DNA of 64,000 nt from Sphyrna mokarran (Eukaryota), in NCBI GenBank assembly GCA_024679065.1, contig JAGIQG010000003.1, positions 98,518,001 to 98,582,000 on the forward strand, in the 5' to 3' direction. Position numbers and translations under genes: made by a program. This document shows, piece after piece, positions 51,950 through 64,000 of the stretch (its first letter is position 1; the number at the start of each line of letters is the position of its first letter). Below the pieces are notes generated by a model. The model had not been told where the DNA came from and made no database searches. It saw nothing but the letters and a program-made list of their open reading frames with translations.

Positions 51950-52400
51950 GCCTGAGTTTCAGTTGCTTCTACCTGGTCTAGTGCTCCCTTGCAGTGCTGT
52001 CCAACTTGCAGTTCCCATCTTGGCAGCTAAATCATTGACTAACACAATGGTCAATGATGTTTCACGTGACACAACACTTTGCTTCATTTGTATGCTGCCT
52101 ACATGTGGTTTAGTTGTGGAAGTGAGTCGTGAACTATATGGCCATCCTTTGTCACTTAGCAGCCATCCTGCTTTGACCTGATGACTACAGGTAGCCTTGC
52201 TGGATGAATTTACACAGTTTTAGCCAGTGAAGATCCTGGGCTAGATTGCATCACCTCAACATGAACTGGATTAATCTGGGCTGTGTGGCTGGCTGGCTGA
52301 CAGGCAATATCAAGGGCACTGATGGAGTGATAGCAATAAGAGGACACAGGCTGTCAACCAGAGGGTGGACAGAAGGGTTGTGTTTTGAAGGAGCCACTGC
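51950..52400 (-). mobile_element. Harbinger transposase relic
   Basis: Minus-strand AGWLLSDKGWP motif; homology to 49850-49990. Confidence 0.6.
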
Positions 52401-52644
52401 CATTCTAAAGAGGCAGAATTGTAACAGTCCTAGTAACCTGTTGAAGGCAGATTACTGAACTGCCACGAAATCTCAGCGAATATCAACCATGATTGTAGCT
52501 ATCTAAACCTGCATGAACAAACTCAAATCAATAACTTTAGTCTCAGCTTCAACAACAGTACTCAGTGTTGGATGGCTCCTGCTTGAGGTGCACTGAAAGC
52601 TGGGACATCAGCTATCAGACATTATATTGTGGTTGGCTTTAAAT

Positions 52645-52892
52645 TAAGGGGTATGAGTTATAGGACGGATATCAGAGGTAGGTTCTTTACTCAAAGAGTG
52701 ATTAGGGAGTGGAATGCCCTGCCTGCAGCTGTTGTAGATGCGCCAAGTTTGGTGGCGTTTAAGAGGTTAATTGATAAGTATATGGAAGAGAAGGGAATGG
52801 TTTAGTTTGGAGGGGCATTGCTTTTTATTTTGGTCGGCACAACATCGAAGGCCGAAGGGCCTGTTCTGTGCTGTATTGTTCTATGTTCTATT
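52645..52892 (+). mobile_element. CR1 3' end, relatively young (CpGs retained)
   Basis: YRTDIRGRFFTQRVIREWNALPAAVVDAPSLVAFKRLIDKYM followed by the ggccgaagggcctgttctgtgctgtattgttctatgttcta tail. Confidence 0.9.
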
Positions 52893-53743
52893 CCCATGGA
52901 ATTGGGCATTTTGACAATTTTTTTTCACAGACTTGCCAATAAACCAAGCATACAATTGTGCAATCAGCCTTTTTCTGTCTGCAACTCCATCTTTGCAACA
53001 GAGCTTGTGTGTAGCCTTGCTCTCGGGGGAACTGGCACCTGCCATACTTTTCTATTTACTCTGCCTGCAGTTCACTTATGTTTGGTTACTCAGCACATGC
53101 AGACCTCCTGAAGTATGCTTAGTGTCAGTATCTGAGCTGTGCATGTCAGGTCAAGTAATAGTATTTCTTCCTCATCCATCTCTTATTTTTCTTCCACTTC
53201 ATGCTCCTGTACTAATGCTAGGCCAGATGGCAGTTTTTGGGATCTGAAAGGAGAAAGGTGCAAGAATAGAGTTCCATTGAATGCAAGGGGGAAAACAAAA
53301 AGTATATGCTTACATTAGTTGAATCTTGTAAAGCAGAAGAGATTTTGGAATGAGGGATAAGATGGTTGTGAGAGAAAATTAGGTAGGAATTTACCAACAT
53401 CTGTGGTTTCAGTCATGCCACTGCCCAAGGCTTTATTTGTGACTACTCTATAGATGCTATTCAGACATGCATCCTACTTGATATGTGCTACCTAATCCTG
53501 CAAAGAGGGAGAAATATGTCTGTGAGTATGCTGTAATTTGTTTGGGTGATGTGTCTGTTATGTTTGAGTAGTTGGCAATGTGTGCAAAGTTTAGGAGTGA
53601 GTCTAGCAAGAGTGCTAAATGTGAGAGTGAATTGAAGCCCTGAATGTAAAGTATGAGTGGTAGGCAGTAGGGATTGTTGGCAGGTGAGTGAAGGGAATTT
53701 GATGAATGAAGCCATGTGTGAGACTGGTTCATCTGAAAGGATA

Positions 53744-54063
53744 TGGGCAGCACATTGGCACAGTAGTTCGCACTGCTGGCACAGAACGCCAGGGACGCAG
53801 ATTCGATTCCCAGCTTAGGTCATTGTCTGTGGAGTTTGCACATTCTCCCTGTGTCTGCATGGGTTTCCTCTGAGTGCTTCAGTTTCCTCCCGCAGACCAA
53901 AGGTGGGCAGGTTAGGTGAATTAGTCATGCTAAATTGACCCTTAGTGTCAGGAGGACTAGCTAGGATAAATGCATGGGGATAGGAGATATTATGGGGTGA
54001 AATTGGGATCGATGCAGACTCGATAGGCTGAATGGCCTCCTTCTGAACTGTAGGATCCTATGA
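53744..54063 (+). mobile_element. V-SINE (HE1-like)
   Basis: gggcagcacattggcacagtag..gattcgattccc..gggtttcctc..gcagactcgataggctgaatggcctccttctg. Confidence 0.9.
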
Positions 54064-54089
54064 GTGTATAATATTGCATTTGAAGGTAC

Positions 54090-54310
54090 ATTCACTGACC
54101 TTGATATAAGTTGTACAAGGTCATTGAAATTCTTTTGACATTGCATCCAGATCTTCAGGTTTACACTGCTTTTGGCTGAGAAGTGATCTACCACCACTCC
54201 CTTTGTCTGGAGGTTTCCCGAGTTCTTAATGGATAGAAGGCCTTTCTCCTCCTCTCCAATCTTTACACAAGAGATCTCCAATAATACAACTTCGAACAAT
54301 CTTGGGAATG
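54090..54310 (-). mobile_element. Harbinger Myb/SANT-like gene relic
   Basis: SAKSSVNLKIWMQCQKNFNDL resembles the Myb/SANT-like motif VSA.S...RTW.QCRKKFNDL. Confidence 0.55.
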
Positions 54311-54589
54311 TGCTCTTTTTCCAGTGGCACCATTAATTAGTATTTTTTCCCAACCAGTTTCTGCCATTGCAGAAGTGTACAGTAGTACAGGCTAATTTTA
54401 AGTTGTGCTAGCCTCACATGAACTTAGGCTGGTTGCGTACAGCCAAACAATAGCCAGTTTAGCATTTGGCTATGTGCTAATATTATTTAAATTCGAGGTG
54501 ACACAAAGTTTGCATGTTGCCTGCATCAGAAGCAATGGGTGCTGATTAATCATGTATTGTATTCCCTGTGTCCATCTTCAGGGCTTAAA

Positions 54590-55470
54590 GGCAGGAAGGT
54601 GCCACAAATTCCATGATTTTAGGGATGATATATTAGCATGGATAAAAGATTGGCTAACTAACAGGAGACAGAGAGTCAGGATAAATGGGTCCTTTTCAAG
54701 ATGACAGACTAACTGGCAGGGATGATTACTGAGGTCTCAACTATTTGTGATCTATATCATGACTCGGATGAAGAGACCAACTGTATTATACCTAAATTTG
54801 CTGATGATACAAGGATAGGTAAGAAAATGTGAGGAGCATACTAAGAATCTCCAAAGTTGCATGAGCGGGCGAAAACATAAGCAGACGGAGAAACAAGTGA
54901 AGTTGTCCACTTTGGCAGAAAGAATAGAAAAGCAGAATATTACTTAAATGGAGAGACACTGCAGAATGCTGCCGTTCAGTGAAACCTAGATTCCTTGTGC
55001 ATGCATCACAAAAGATTTTGCAAGGGAATGAAGTAGGGAAGTATTGCTCAAAATGTACACAGTGTTTGTGAAACCACATCTAGAATATTGTGTACAGTTT
55101 TGGTCATTTTACTTAAGGAGGGACACGCTTGCATTAAAAGCAGTTCAAAGAAGGTTCACTAGATTGATTTTTGGGATGAGGGGTTTATCTTATGGGGAAA
55201 CATTGAGCAGATTGAATATATACTCACTGAGACCAGAAGAATAAGAAGTGATCTCACTGAAACAGATTCTGAGACTGAACAGGGAAGAGGAAGGTGCTAA
55301 AAAGATGTTTTCTCTTTTGTGGGAATTTAGATCAAGGAAAAAATTAAGTGTCTCCCATTTAAAACCAAGATGAGGAATTTGTTGGTGTTTAGAATTCTCT
55401 TCCCGAGAGAGCAGTGGGTCATTAGTATATTCAAGACTGAGTTAGTTAGATTTTTGTTTGACAAAGAGGT
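54590..55470 (+). mobile_element. CR1 RT/3' fragment
   Basis: KFADDTRIG and VKPHLEYCVQFWSFYLRRDTLALKAVQRRFTRLI; ends about 200 bp before the leucine-zipper exon. Confidence 0.9.
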
Positions 55471-55671
55471 CTACAAAGAGGTTTGACAAAGAGGTCATCA
55501 TTTTCATTAATCAAATCATTAATTTAAATGTGAAGATGTTAGAAAATGCAACATATGGGAAAATAAAAGATTTGCAGCAACTGAAAGTTTTACTAAGGAT
55601 GATTCATAAGTCTTTATTGTTTTTGATTGTTGTGGTTTTACTTCGGAAGCTAAAATGTTTTATTTCTGCAG

Positions 55672-55755
55672 CTTGCAAAAGACAAAGAACGCCTGCAAGC
55701 TATGATGACACACCTGCATGTGAAATCAACTGAACCAAAATCTACTCCTCAGCCT
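55672..55755 (+). CDS. FOXP1: FoxP exon, leucine zipper C-terminal part
   Basis: Acceptor tttatttctgcag, donor CCT|gtaagt; 84 nt (phase 0 to 0). [28 protein letters not shown] versus FOXP1 [28 protein letters not shown] (FOXP2 has [28 protein letters not shown]). Confidence 0.95.
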
Positions 55756-56519
55756 GTAAGTAGTGATCTATGGGCAAAATGATAAATACTTACAATGATC
55801 AACATATGCATCAATTTTTGTATGTTCTTGCTTCTGAGCAGTTTTTGACTTACCCCTCTCATTGACTTGCTGTAAACTTCCTCAATGTTGATATTTGTGT
55901 TGTTAGTTTGCAGTTGTAGGCAGATTCACCAGTTCACCTAGAAAACACTTCTGGTCAGTCATACCACTCCAACTGTGGACACTGTAGCGTCAATAACTTT
56001 AATGAAATAAAATATAGGATTGTTTCATATTCTAATGTGGTATATTAAGATTCCATTCGGAAGGTTTCATATTTACTTGCCTGCGCATTGGTGTTTGAAC
56101 ATAAATGCCTTTATTGCATGAGCTATATCAGCTCTTGCCTATATTGCCATGTGGAGTACGAAGTATTAAATCCTGCTGCCAGACTGGGATTATTGATTCA
56201 AAATACTTGCACAACTTGTTCCGTCCCACAAAACTATAATTTCTGTCAGCTGATTGTTAGAGGGGTGTGGATGGCAAACATAGAAAAAGGCATTTGACTC
56301 TTCCAACTGAAGGAAGGGAATGTGTGAACAGAATATTCCAGTGGGGGATGGGAGAAATTAGTTTTTCAGAATGAGAAAAAAAAAGTGAAAATACAATTTT
56401 TAATTCTTTTTTCTAAGATTTTTCTGACGCCTAAAATCAAGGAGCTATGTTTGACCATTCCACAGAATAAGGTAAATAAATAATTTGTAACCTAATGGCT
56501 GTACATAATGCAATTGTGC

Positions 56520-56537
56520 AACACACACACACACACA
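56520..56537. repeat. (AC)8 microsatellite
   Basis: Direct observation. Confidence 0.85.
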
Positions 56538-57227
56538 AAATGTATATGGTTCTTGGCATAGAAAACTAAAGCCATAAAGACTTAATAGGGATTTACTATG
56601 GAGTTCAATAAACTTCTAATAATGTTCATACAAAAAAGTAATTCCACTTAATGTTAACAGGTAGCAGATTACATCATAATCATTATTCTGCTACCGTCTG
56701 TAATTCTTTAAATGAATTAATCAATTGTAATGGAAAGATTACCTTATTTCTTGCTTGAAACATGTATAATTCAGTTGCTGAAGGTACCCAGCCAACAACA
56801 GTATCATTCAGCATCAATATCTGAGAATTAATTGAGCATGACTGGGCCTTTAGTTGCCACTTGCAACTTCAGTCAATATGTGTTGATGCAAGATAATGGA
56901 AAGCTAGTGGTTCATCTGCACAGAGTGGATGCTGAATAAAGAAGAATAAAATGATGTGCATCATGTTTTAACATTAGTCATAATTAGGAAAATATATCTC
57001 TGTTAACAATCTCAGATTTGATAACAAAATGTTCCAGTGTCAGAATTAAGCTGTTAAATTTGATTCTTGATGCATAAATATGATGCCTGTGAGATGACAT
57101 TTTACTGTTAGACTTGTAAGTATTGAAAAGATATTAAGAACAAAGCAGGAGTAAAACAAGTAAAATTCATACCCTTTGTTTTCTATGCTGTTTGCAAATT
57201 TTATACTATGTTATAGAAATAAAATAA

Positions 57228-57607
57228 AGGGCCTGATTTTACCATTTTGATTCTAAGTGTTGAATCTGGGGACAATTCAGATTATTCTCAGGCACCCCCA
57301 TACACACTTAAGCCTGAAAAAAATCACGAATTTGAATTGCGTTGTGAACAGGGCTTATCGCGCCCGAAATGCTGCAGCTCTAATCAGAGCTTTAAATAGC
57401 GCATGTCCGAAAAAAAAAAATTAGAAAAATGCACCACTGCAAATGCATTTAAACTGATGTCGTGCTTGTTTCAGGTGCAGTTCGGATTGTGGCCATTTTT
57501 AGGCCTTGGTAAAATGGGCATCTGTGCAGATGCGTGTGCGGATTGTGCTTATCACTTCACGCCTGACTATTAAGTTTCGGGTGTGACACAATGGTAAAAC
57601 TGGACCA
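57228..57607. mobile_element. MITE with terminal inverted repeats
   Basis: ggcctgattttaccatt ... aatggtaaaactggacc; subterminal attctaagtgttgaat is shared with the 17538/39880 family. Confidence 0.75.
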
Positions 57608-57661
57608 AAGTGTTGTATTCAAATATTAAAGGAAACAGGGAATTATATTTTACAATAATTA

Positions 57662-58186
57662 ATTTAAGGTCAAAATTATATACCCTATATGTGAACTATA
57701 TTCTGCAGCTGTTGGAAACCAACTTGTAACACTGCTTCTCAAAACTATTCTGTATCACATTTTACCATGGAGTATTTTATAGAAACTTAACTCAAACTTA
57801 ATTTTTGGTTAAACCAAAAAGGTATTTAAATGCAATTTCCAGCAATATTGCAAATGCATTGTGACATTTTTCAATGATAATTATTAATTGGATATCTATC
57901 TTCCTTTTCAACTCTAAATGATCCATTCTCCTTTTGTCCATTTCTGTAGTTTCATATTTCCCCTTTCTTTGAGTTTGAGCTGAATGCCTATTTTGTAATA
58001 CACTACCCTATTAGTTTTTCTCATTTAACCAAAGGTTAAATACTCTTTTTGGTTTAATAAATTTTTATAAAATGCTCCATGGTAAAGCATGATACAGAAT
58101 AGTTTTGAGAAGCATTGTTACAAGTTAGTTTCCAACAGCTACAGAATATAGTTCATAGTATAGGGTATATAATTTTGACCTTAAAT
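57662..58186. repeat. Long inverted repeat (about 150-165 bp arms, about 200 bp spacer)
   Basis: atttaaggtcaaaattatataccctata..ctgttggaaac..cttctcaaaactattctgtatca..ttaccatggag is present as its reverse complement at about 58036-58186. Confidence 0.93.
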
Positions 58187-58234
58187 GCATTTGCAATAAA
58201 CAATTATTACTGCACATTGTGAGTTAATTAAGTA

Positions 58235-58520
58235 AAGAAACTTGCATTTATTGAGCATCTTATAATTCTGCAAGCTATTCTAAATTACTCTTGAAGTGGA
58301 GGCATTTTTGTGTAGACAGAAACTATAGCCAATTTGCATTCAGCAATGCCTCATAAACAGAAGATGAAACAAATGACTAATCTGTTTTTGGTGATGTTGA
58401 TTGTGAAAGGAATGTTGACAAGATCAATGGAAGTTATATTCTTCGAATGTTAATATAATTTACTGTCACCAGAGTAGGCAGACAGAACCTAAGGTTAAAA
58501 GTCTAGGTCAAAGGACATCG
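58235..58520 (-). mobile_element. Deu-domain SINE, old
   Basis: aagaaacttgcattta..ttgaagtg..gccaatttgca..tgtttttggtgatgttgattg; homologous to 15050-15360. Confidence 0.6.
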
Positions 58521-58754
58521 CAAAATGAGTTATTGCAATGTTTAATAAAGTTGGAAGCATTGACTCTGTTGAAATTGTGGTTTGGATCCCCAAAGTTGGA
58601 ATGGGGCAGACAGATTTGCAAAGATTAGCATCTCAGAGTGGATAAGCTGATGATAGTTGTTCAGAAAATTTTGAGTAGGGTGCAGTGAATTGCAATGAAT
58701 AAGTCATTCAAACAAGTCATTTTGCCACAGATTTAATAATTATATTTTACGTAG

Positions 58755-59065
58755 AAATGTAGAACCATAGAGTGTAGAAAAAGGCCCTTTGACCCATCAC
58801 ATCCTTGCCAACTATCCAACTATTCAAATCCCATCTTCCAGCAGTTGGCTCATAGCCTTTTCTGTCTTGGCATTGCAAGTGTGCATCTAAACACTTCTTA
58901 AAAGTTACGTGAGTCTCTGCCTCCACCATCCTTTCAGGCAGTGAGCTCCAGACTCCCACCATTCTTTGAGTGAAAAGTATTTCTTCATATCCCCTCTAAA
59001 CCCCGTGTCCTTTGTCTTAAATTTATTTCCCCTGGTCACTGACCCCTCCATCTTGGGGAAAAACA
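58755..59065 (-). mobile_element. CR1 3' tail
   Basis: MVGVWSSLPERMVEAETHVTFKKCLDAHL. Confidence 0.85.
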
Positions 59066-59699
59066 TGTGAAGAGTACCAAATATTACTGATTTATTAGTA
59101 AGGGAGAATTATAATGATGTTGATGCAGAGGATAATTCTTAAGTTCGAAAGTTGCCCTTTACTCTTGGACTTAATTTTCATCTTTAAATTACCCCAAATA
59201 ATATTTTCTCTTTTGATTGTTCTGCTAATATACAAATAACGACAGTCTTTATTCCTGTTATTTTATAATTGCTCAAACATAGAGAAACATTAGAAATTGA
59301 AATATTTCTTAGAAAGGAGAAACGTAATATTGCATTTTGCCTCCTATCATCAAAGTTACCTATACCAGAAAACTTGCATCATACTTTCATTATGATGATT
59401 TACGTCTAACCATTAGTGAGAAGGAAAGAATAATTGAATAGCCCCAAACAACAGAAAGGCATTTTAACGTTCATTCCTTCCAATGCAATCGGCACATAAG
59501 CTTTATACAATCTGCTCATTGCCATGATGTTAGCATGCAGCCAGAGCTAAATGCTTTGTTGGGTGGCTACATGCCTTAGCAAGGAACACAGTTTCATGCT
59601 GGGTTAATGATTTTGAACCTATCCTACAGTACTTAAAGCTGCAGGAGATGCTGGATAGGGCTGACAGTGTGTTTAAGCACAAACATGGAATAATGGTGG

Positions 59700-60890
59700 A
59701 ACAGAATGAAGAGCATTTTCCAATGTAACATACATGCCTTGGTGCCAGAGGTCAACAGGCAGAGATGTCTTCTGCCAAAAGGAACCAGGAAATCTTCTAG
59801 ATAGGCATTGTGAAGCCAATGGGAGCAGTTAACTGTCATGTTCAATACTGGCGGTGTAGCACCAAGGATTTAGATATAGTATACAAGAAGTTCAGTGACC
59901 TCTCTTGTGTACAAGGTGAGTGAATGCATCTTCAAATATACACACAAGACTGAAGACTATACTAGCAAACCACCTTCATTCATCTACCAACATCCTCTGT
60001 AATCATCATCATTGCAATGTCTCACACTAACTTTCAACAGTTTGTACACAATTTCAGCTATTCCACCAAGACAAGCATATCACCCAAACAGGTTTAATTA
60101 CCAAAACATCTTCCCCTCTCTCTTGCAGGACAAAGTGAGACACAAGCACAAGCAGCAGCACCTAACTGTTGGGGAACAAGGACAGATGCATGTCCTTACC
60201 TGGATTGAAGAGACAGTGCTTTCTCAATAATCACTATAGATTTACAAGTTGCAGATGGTCTAAATAGGCACTCCATGTTTCCCTTGACCCCTTTCCTCAC
60301 CACAGCCTTATTCTTGTGCTTCTCTCCTGCCAGATATCCAAGAACTGTACTTTAGGGTGTCACATAGAGAGGTATGATCTAGATGCAATGAGTCACCTTG
60401 CAGCCAAGGGGGAGAAAAAAAGAGAGGATACTAGAGGGTGAGGTTCTGCTCTGTACAGAGTACAGGAAAAAACTGATGGGATTGCACAAAGTAATTTTAG
60501 GTGCATTGGCAGACCTGCCAGTGATCTTACTGACATCAAAGAACATGGCAGTCCATCAGAAACCTTGCACAGGGCTTTACACAGAGCTTGGAGCTTATCC
60601 TCTCCAGCAAAGAAATGGTGGCTAACTCCTTTACCATACTTGTGGACTCAAGACCCAACAATAATGCAGCTATGTGAGACTAAATGAGGATATTAACTGG
60701 AGTGTTCAGATCAAAAATGGCATTATTGGCATCAAACCAGTATTACACATTGCCCAATGTCAGAATTTAACTACTTTGCGTATTCCAGCACATGTTTCCA
60801 GTGTCTGGACTAACAATTTTCCCAATGGCACACAAGATCAGCTGCACCAGAATTGTGTGTGTGCCACACAAGTTGAAGTATGAGGGCTGT
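59700..60890 (+). mobile_element. Harbinger-like DNA transposon relic (Myb/SANT segment about 59735-59905)
   Basis: ALVPEVNRQRCLLP...QWEQL..FNTGGVAPR..(frameshift)YKKFSDL with stops; the downstream extent is a guess. Confidence 0.45.
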
Positions 60891-61359
60891 AAGGTTGTAT
60901 TTTGTTTTAATCTTTTTTTAAAATAGCTTAAAATGCCAATGAACAGAGGTACTTCTACTATCCAGGCAGTCTTCACAGCTGGTAGCCTCTACACTTGTTC
61001 CAATGCAACCCACTGCTTCCCCTCCCCTCCCCTCTCTCTCTCTCCTCCCCCCCGCCCCCCCAACCCCCAACTAAATGCAAATCTCAGCTACAGGCAGTCA
61101 TTTTTTAAAAGTTAGGTCTGCAGAGCAGGGAGTGAAAATCTGGGGTACTCTTGGAGTCTAAAAAAGTATTCCCTAAGTTGCAATAATAGATTTCAATATT
61201 CAATAGAATTTAGCTAATATCTCATTGTTTTGGATTTAAAATTTCCATACAGCACAGAAACAGGCTCTTTGGCCCACCATTTCTATAATGACCATCAAAT
61301 ACCAGTTTATATTAATCCTATCTAAATGTTCATCCAGGATTTTAAATACCTAAAAAAAA

Positions 61360-61712
61360 TAGGGTGGTATGATGTCAGAATGGTTAGCACTGCTGCCTCA
61401 CAGCACTAGCGATCCGCATTCTATCCTGATCTTGGGTGAATATGTAGAGTTTGCAATTTCTCCCTGTGCCTATGTGGGTTTCCTCCAGGTGCTCTGGTTT
61501 CGTCCCATAAAGATGTGCAGTTTAGGTGGATTGGCCATGCTGAAATTGGCCTTTAGTGTCCCAAGATGTGTAGGTTAGGAGGATTAGTGGGGTAAATGTG
61601 CAGGTAACGGGATAGAGCAGAGGGGTGGGGGCCTGGGTTAGGTGCTCTATTGGAGAGTTGGTGCAGCCACAATGGGTCGAATGGGCTCCTTCTGCATTGC
61701 AGAGATTCAATG
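61360..61712 (+). mobile_element. V-SINE (HE1-like)
   Basis: tggttagcactgctgcctcacag..gggtttcctccaggtgctctggttt..ggattggccatgctgaaattg. Confidence 0.9.
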
Positions 61713-62249
61713 ATTAATTAAAATATACTATCAAAATTATTTTTTCTGTGAGTGATGTGCATTCACCATTTTTATATTCTGTTTTGACTTTCATGTATTA
61801 ACTAATTTTTTACTTGATTGCTAGTAATGGAATGTTAGTTCTGCCTCACTGCAGTTCCTTGCTTTTTTTTTTAAGTGATAGACTTACAGACAGAGCACTT
61901 TTTTTCATTTGCCAGCCTTACTGAGGCTTTGTCAGTTTTTATTCAATTGTTTTTGTCCAGCTTTTGCTAGTTTTCTAGGTTGCCATCTGTATATTTAAGC
62001 TTTGAGTGAATGCTGTTCAATTTTTGAATTGAATCTAACCTGGATCACAAATGGAATATATAAATGACTTTAGTTGGTAAAACACTAGTGTTATTGTCAA
62101 GGGAAATATACACATTATAGAGTAGCTGCAAAGCAATCCCAATCAGTGACTGCTGTGGTCTGAGTAGGTGGTCCTATCACAAACATTTCAGCACTTTTCA
62201 TATTGTTCAGCTATGATAATGCATTAAAATGTCCAGTTGGGATATAACT

Positions 62250-62588
62250 GGGTGGCACGGTAGCACAGTGGTTAGCACTGCTGCTTCACAGCTCCAGGGT
62301 CCTGGGTTCGATTCCCGGCTCAGGTTACTGTCTGTGTGGAGTTTGCACATTCTCATGTCTGCATGGGTTTCCTCCAGGTACTCCGGTTTCCTCCCACAGT
62401 CCAAAGATGTGCGGGTTAGGTTGATTGGCCATGCTAAGAAATTGCCCCTTAGAATCCAAGGATGCATAGGTTAAAGGATTAGTGGGTATTATATAGAGAT
62501 ATGGGGGTAGGGACTGTGTGGGATTGTGTTCGGTGCAGACCCGATGGGCCAAAGGGCCTCTTTCTGCACTGTAGGGTTCTGTGGTTCT
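62250..62588 (+). mobile_element. V-SINE (HE1-like), best preserved copy
   Basis: A box tagcacagtgg, B box ggttcgattcc, V core, and CR1-like tail gggccaaagggcctctttctgcactgtagggttct. Confidence 0.93.
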
Positions 62589-64000
62589 ATAACTGAGTAA
62601 GTGTGGCATGAAGGAGTTAACTGTACAGAAACTGTCATGTAACATTTCAAAAAAGCTATAAGGCATTAATTGGAAATTCTTCACTGGACTGACATGTTAC
62701 CTCAGAATATGTGGAGGAGTTCTTCATGAGGAAAAATGGCAATAGTTCCACTCTTGAGTTAAACTTTTCGACAATGAAATCTACATATATTAGATGTCAA
62801 GTATATTATCATAGACTTGGTACTATAAGATCGTTATAACTCTGTCTTAAGGTGGACTTTGTGTAAATGATAGTTGATGATTTCAAAAATAATGCTGCAT
62901 TTCATCTGAACCAACTGCTAGCAATTCCAGCCAGAAAAGTACGACAGTTTGGGGTCAGGCTCTCCTGATTTCCCTATCCTGTTCCCATGAAAGATCAAGT
63001 ACTCTGTTACATTGTGGTGATTTTTCTAGTGGTTTGGCTGAGAGACGTTGTTAGCTCACCCAACCAAGCCAAGTGAATTTGAGAGAGACAAGTTCTCAAG
63101 ATTCAGAACTATTTTCTGGCCCTGTTTAGGAATTGAGCAGTGCTTTGAATGGCAGCCTTTTAATGACATGTGACATGAGTGTTGAAGAAGTAGTTTAAGC
63201 AGGAATGATGCAATGCAAGTCAAACACCACAGGAAATAAAACAACAATATACATGATATAATGTTACATACCCTTGGTAGTTCTCAAAAAATGGAATTTC
63301 TAACATAAAGAAACAACAGCCATTCAGCCTAAGATTTTCCATTGTCAAAAGCACAGATTGTCTTAGGCCTTTTTTATAAATATCATACTTATGTAAAATA
63401 ATGATTTAGTTTTAAGCCTGAATTTTTTCCAAATCTTTTCCTTAGTTCCAGAGTAAGAATTAAAATAAACTCTCAACTTTCCAATTCTAGTCAATGTACA
63501 GAAAATATATCTACCACTGCATCATGTCTGGAATTCAATTCCATTTTATGTCTAAAACAGAACATATTTATAAATATGAGTGCAGAACACTTGGCAGTAA
63601 CAGTTCAGAGTTTCAATGGAGCGCACATATTGTTTTGTTATAAATATTTTGCTTTGCAAAATTGAAATTAATGTGGCAATTTCAATTGTCATCTCAATAC
63701 AAGACTTACCGATAGTTAACCTGTGTTCCATTGTCAGTGAGTTTCAGTTTGCATGCTTGGTAACTTGATAATTATTTTCCGATGACGAACAGAATAACCC
63801 ATGCAATTGATAAATATTAATATTGTCTTATTATCAAGGAGAAGTGGGCTCTGATGATTAATCATTCTGCTGGGTAACAGATGTCAGAATGTGAGCATAC
63901 TGTTTATTAGCAGAATTATGCATCATTAAGTACTATCTTTTAAAGCAAGCTGAGAGTAGCAATTTTTGTTGTTAAGAGATTTCAGTTTGCAAATTACAGC

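Noticed and set aside
55457-55496. Tandem acaaagaggt x3
   Set aside because: Small slippage duplication at a CR1 end; no sign of function.
12201-55755. Calling the gene FOXP2 or FOXP4
   Set aside because: Zipper and linker residues ([37 protein letters not shown]) are FOXP1-type; only a few finger residues match FOXP2.
62250-62325. tRNA gene
   Set aside because: The A/B boxes belong to a SINE head that continues into the SINE body; no complete cloverleaf or Pol III terminator. The same applies to the other SINE copies.
55756-64000. Next FoxP exon (LNLVSS-type) and forkhead domain
   Set aside because: No matching exon seen; presumed downstream, so the absence is not evidence of truncation.

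Overview
Eukaryotic, AT-rich, mostly intronic vertebrate DNA. The repeat families look like those of a cartilaginous fish (V-SINE/HE1-like and Deu-domain SINEs, CR1/L2/RTE LINEs, Penelope inverted repeats, Harbinger relics, MITEs). The window lies inside one + strand FoxP-family gene, closest to FOXP1. Five internal coding exons (12201-12357, 14335-14530, 35955-36059, 44197-44284, 55672-55755) have canonical AG/GT boundaries and splice into one open frame: Q-rich region, C2H2 zinc finger and leucine zipper. The start codon and forkhead domain are outside the window. Almost all ORF-track entries are spurious or come from decayed transposons. There is no prokaryotic-type system or CRISPR array, and I cannot claim a wholly new biological system. 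Best leads: (1) the FoxP protein mixes FOXP1-type and FOXP2-type residues and could be the shark FOXP3-lineage gene; (2) minimal hammerhead-ribozyme motifs sit in the Penelope repeats; (3) short inserts appear copied from nearby intronic sequence; (4) a complex 525-bp foldback and a pre-miRNA-like hairpin; (5) a CTCF site and a PBX-MEIS/TCF/OCT motif cluster. All family assignments are by-eye recognition from memory, not database hits, and repeat boundaries are approximate.
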